This document shows positions 63,391-64,000 of a DNA stretch of 64,000 bases, piece by piece. The stretch's first letter is position 1. Each line of letters opens with the position of its first letter. The stretch is from a virus (lineage: Duplodnaviria > Caudoviricetes). Below the pieces are notes generated by a model, which worked only from the letters and a program-made list of their open reading frames with translations, was not told where the DNA came from and searched no databases. The DNA lies in IMG/VR virus record IMGVR_UViG_3300049988_000286, positions 64,001-128,000 of that record; one strand, given 5' to 3'. Both the position numbers and the translations under genes were made by a program.

Positions 63391-63839
63391 TCGTCGCCCG
63401 CGCCGCGCCGGGGCGGCTCGTCAAGGCGAAGAAGCGTCCCTTCAACCTCGGCTTCGCAGTGGTGGAACTCGACAGCGGCGAGACGATCAAAGTCGAAGGG
63501 GTGAGATTCCCCCAAGACGAACACTATCACCGTCCGGAGGGATCGCGAGTTCATCTAGTCGATTCTGCCCGCAAGCACGCCTTCTTGGGTTATACGGGCA
63601 TCCTTTCGTTCAATTGGGCAAAGCGTCGCCTCTGCGTGCCAGCACCGCACTTCCACGTCGTCTCCGATCATAGCGAGCCGTTGCTCGGCACCATGCCGGA
63701 TGCGGTGAAGAACTACGGTAGTCGGTTTTGCACCATGGAATCGATCATCGAGGACGAGCACGACCTCATGCTGGTTCAACTCATCGTTGGTGAGACTCGC
63801 ACCAATTGGTCCAGCGAACTGTTGACAGGCTTGGAGTAA
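63387..63839 (+). CDS. hypothetical protein
   Basis: GTGA overlap; ends IEDEHDLMLVQL. Confidence 0.65.
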   Translation: MIVARAAPGRLVKAKKRPFNLGFAVVELDSGETIKVEGVRFPQDEHYHRPEGSRVHLVDSARKHAFLGYTGILSFNWAKRRLCVPAPHFHVVSDHSEPLLGTMPDAVKNYGSRFCTMESIIEDEHDLMLVQLIVGETRTNWSSELLTGLE

Positions 63840-63871
63840 TCAATTATTGGGTATCGCAGAGGAGATCACCC

Positions 63872-64000
63872 ATGGTTCGCATCGGCACCACCTTCAACTA
63901 CACCTACGCGGACAGCAAGCCCAAGTGGAAAGTCAAGAGCAAGCGCGGCGCGAGCACGTGGCAGTGCGAAGTCGTCGGTGGTGAGTGGCAGGGCGCGAAG
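63872..64000 (+). CDS. hypothetical protein (truncated by window end)
   Basis: GAGGAG RBS, open to the end of the window. Confidence 0.6.
   Translation, partial: MVRIGTTFNYTYADSKPKWKVKSKRGASTWQCEVVGGEWQGAK

Noticed and set aside
1-64000. Genome-wide TAG reassignment (code 15)
   Set aside because: Conserved genes (topo II, ClpX, ClpP, rIIA, CCA) are full length in code 11, and TAG occurs at plausible gene ends.
1-64000. CRISPR array, IS/transposase, rRNA
   Set aside because: No regularly spaced direct repeats, transposase motifs or rRNA signatures observed.

Overview
This window looks like a 64-kb segment of a GC-rich (roughly 60% by eye) jumbo/huge tailed-phage genome with T4-like features. 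The host is most likely an Alphaproteobacterium, judged from holdfast-anchor-like, SleB, Smr and DUF465 homologs. Recognisable genes: two-subunit type II topoisomerase, rIIA/rIIB, ClpX, ClpP, ClpS, ribosomal protein bS21, MoxR-type AAA ATPase with a vWA/metallopeptidase partner, CCA-adding enzyme, AAA_33 kinase, HD (SpoT-like) hydrolase, AdoMet decarboxylase, a thymine-hypermodification enzyme, a DNA methylase and two cell-wall hydrolases. RNA genes: two tRNA-Gln (one with a long variable arm), two tRNAs with the amber anticodon CUA, two aberrant tRNA-like RNAs that each have their own promoter, and a candidate structured ncRNA of about 600 nt. Highlights: (1) about 14 dispersed genes, mostly directly behind a TAAATA late-promoter motif, encode unrelated enzyme cargos (ADP-ribosyltransferase-like, kinase, GNAT, ParB-like, papain-like) that share an N-terminal MRxxIxLxE leader resembling a T4 capsid-targeting/prohead-protease signal; (2) a four-gene HfaA/HfaB(CsgG)/HfaD-like amyloid-secretion cassette; (3) rIIB fused to an acyl-carrier-protein-like domain whose phosphopantetheine Ser is replaced by Asp; (4) about 30 paralogous small proteins ending in FxxExDAxLFxLxW/F. 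All calls come from reading motifs by eye; no database search was run.
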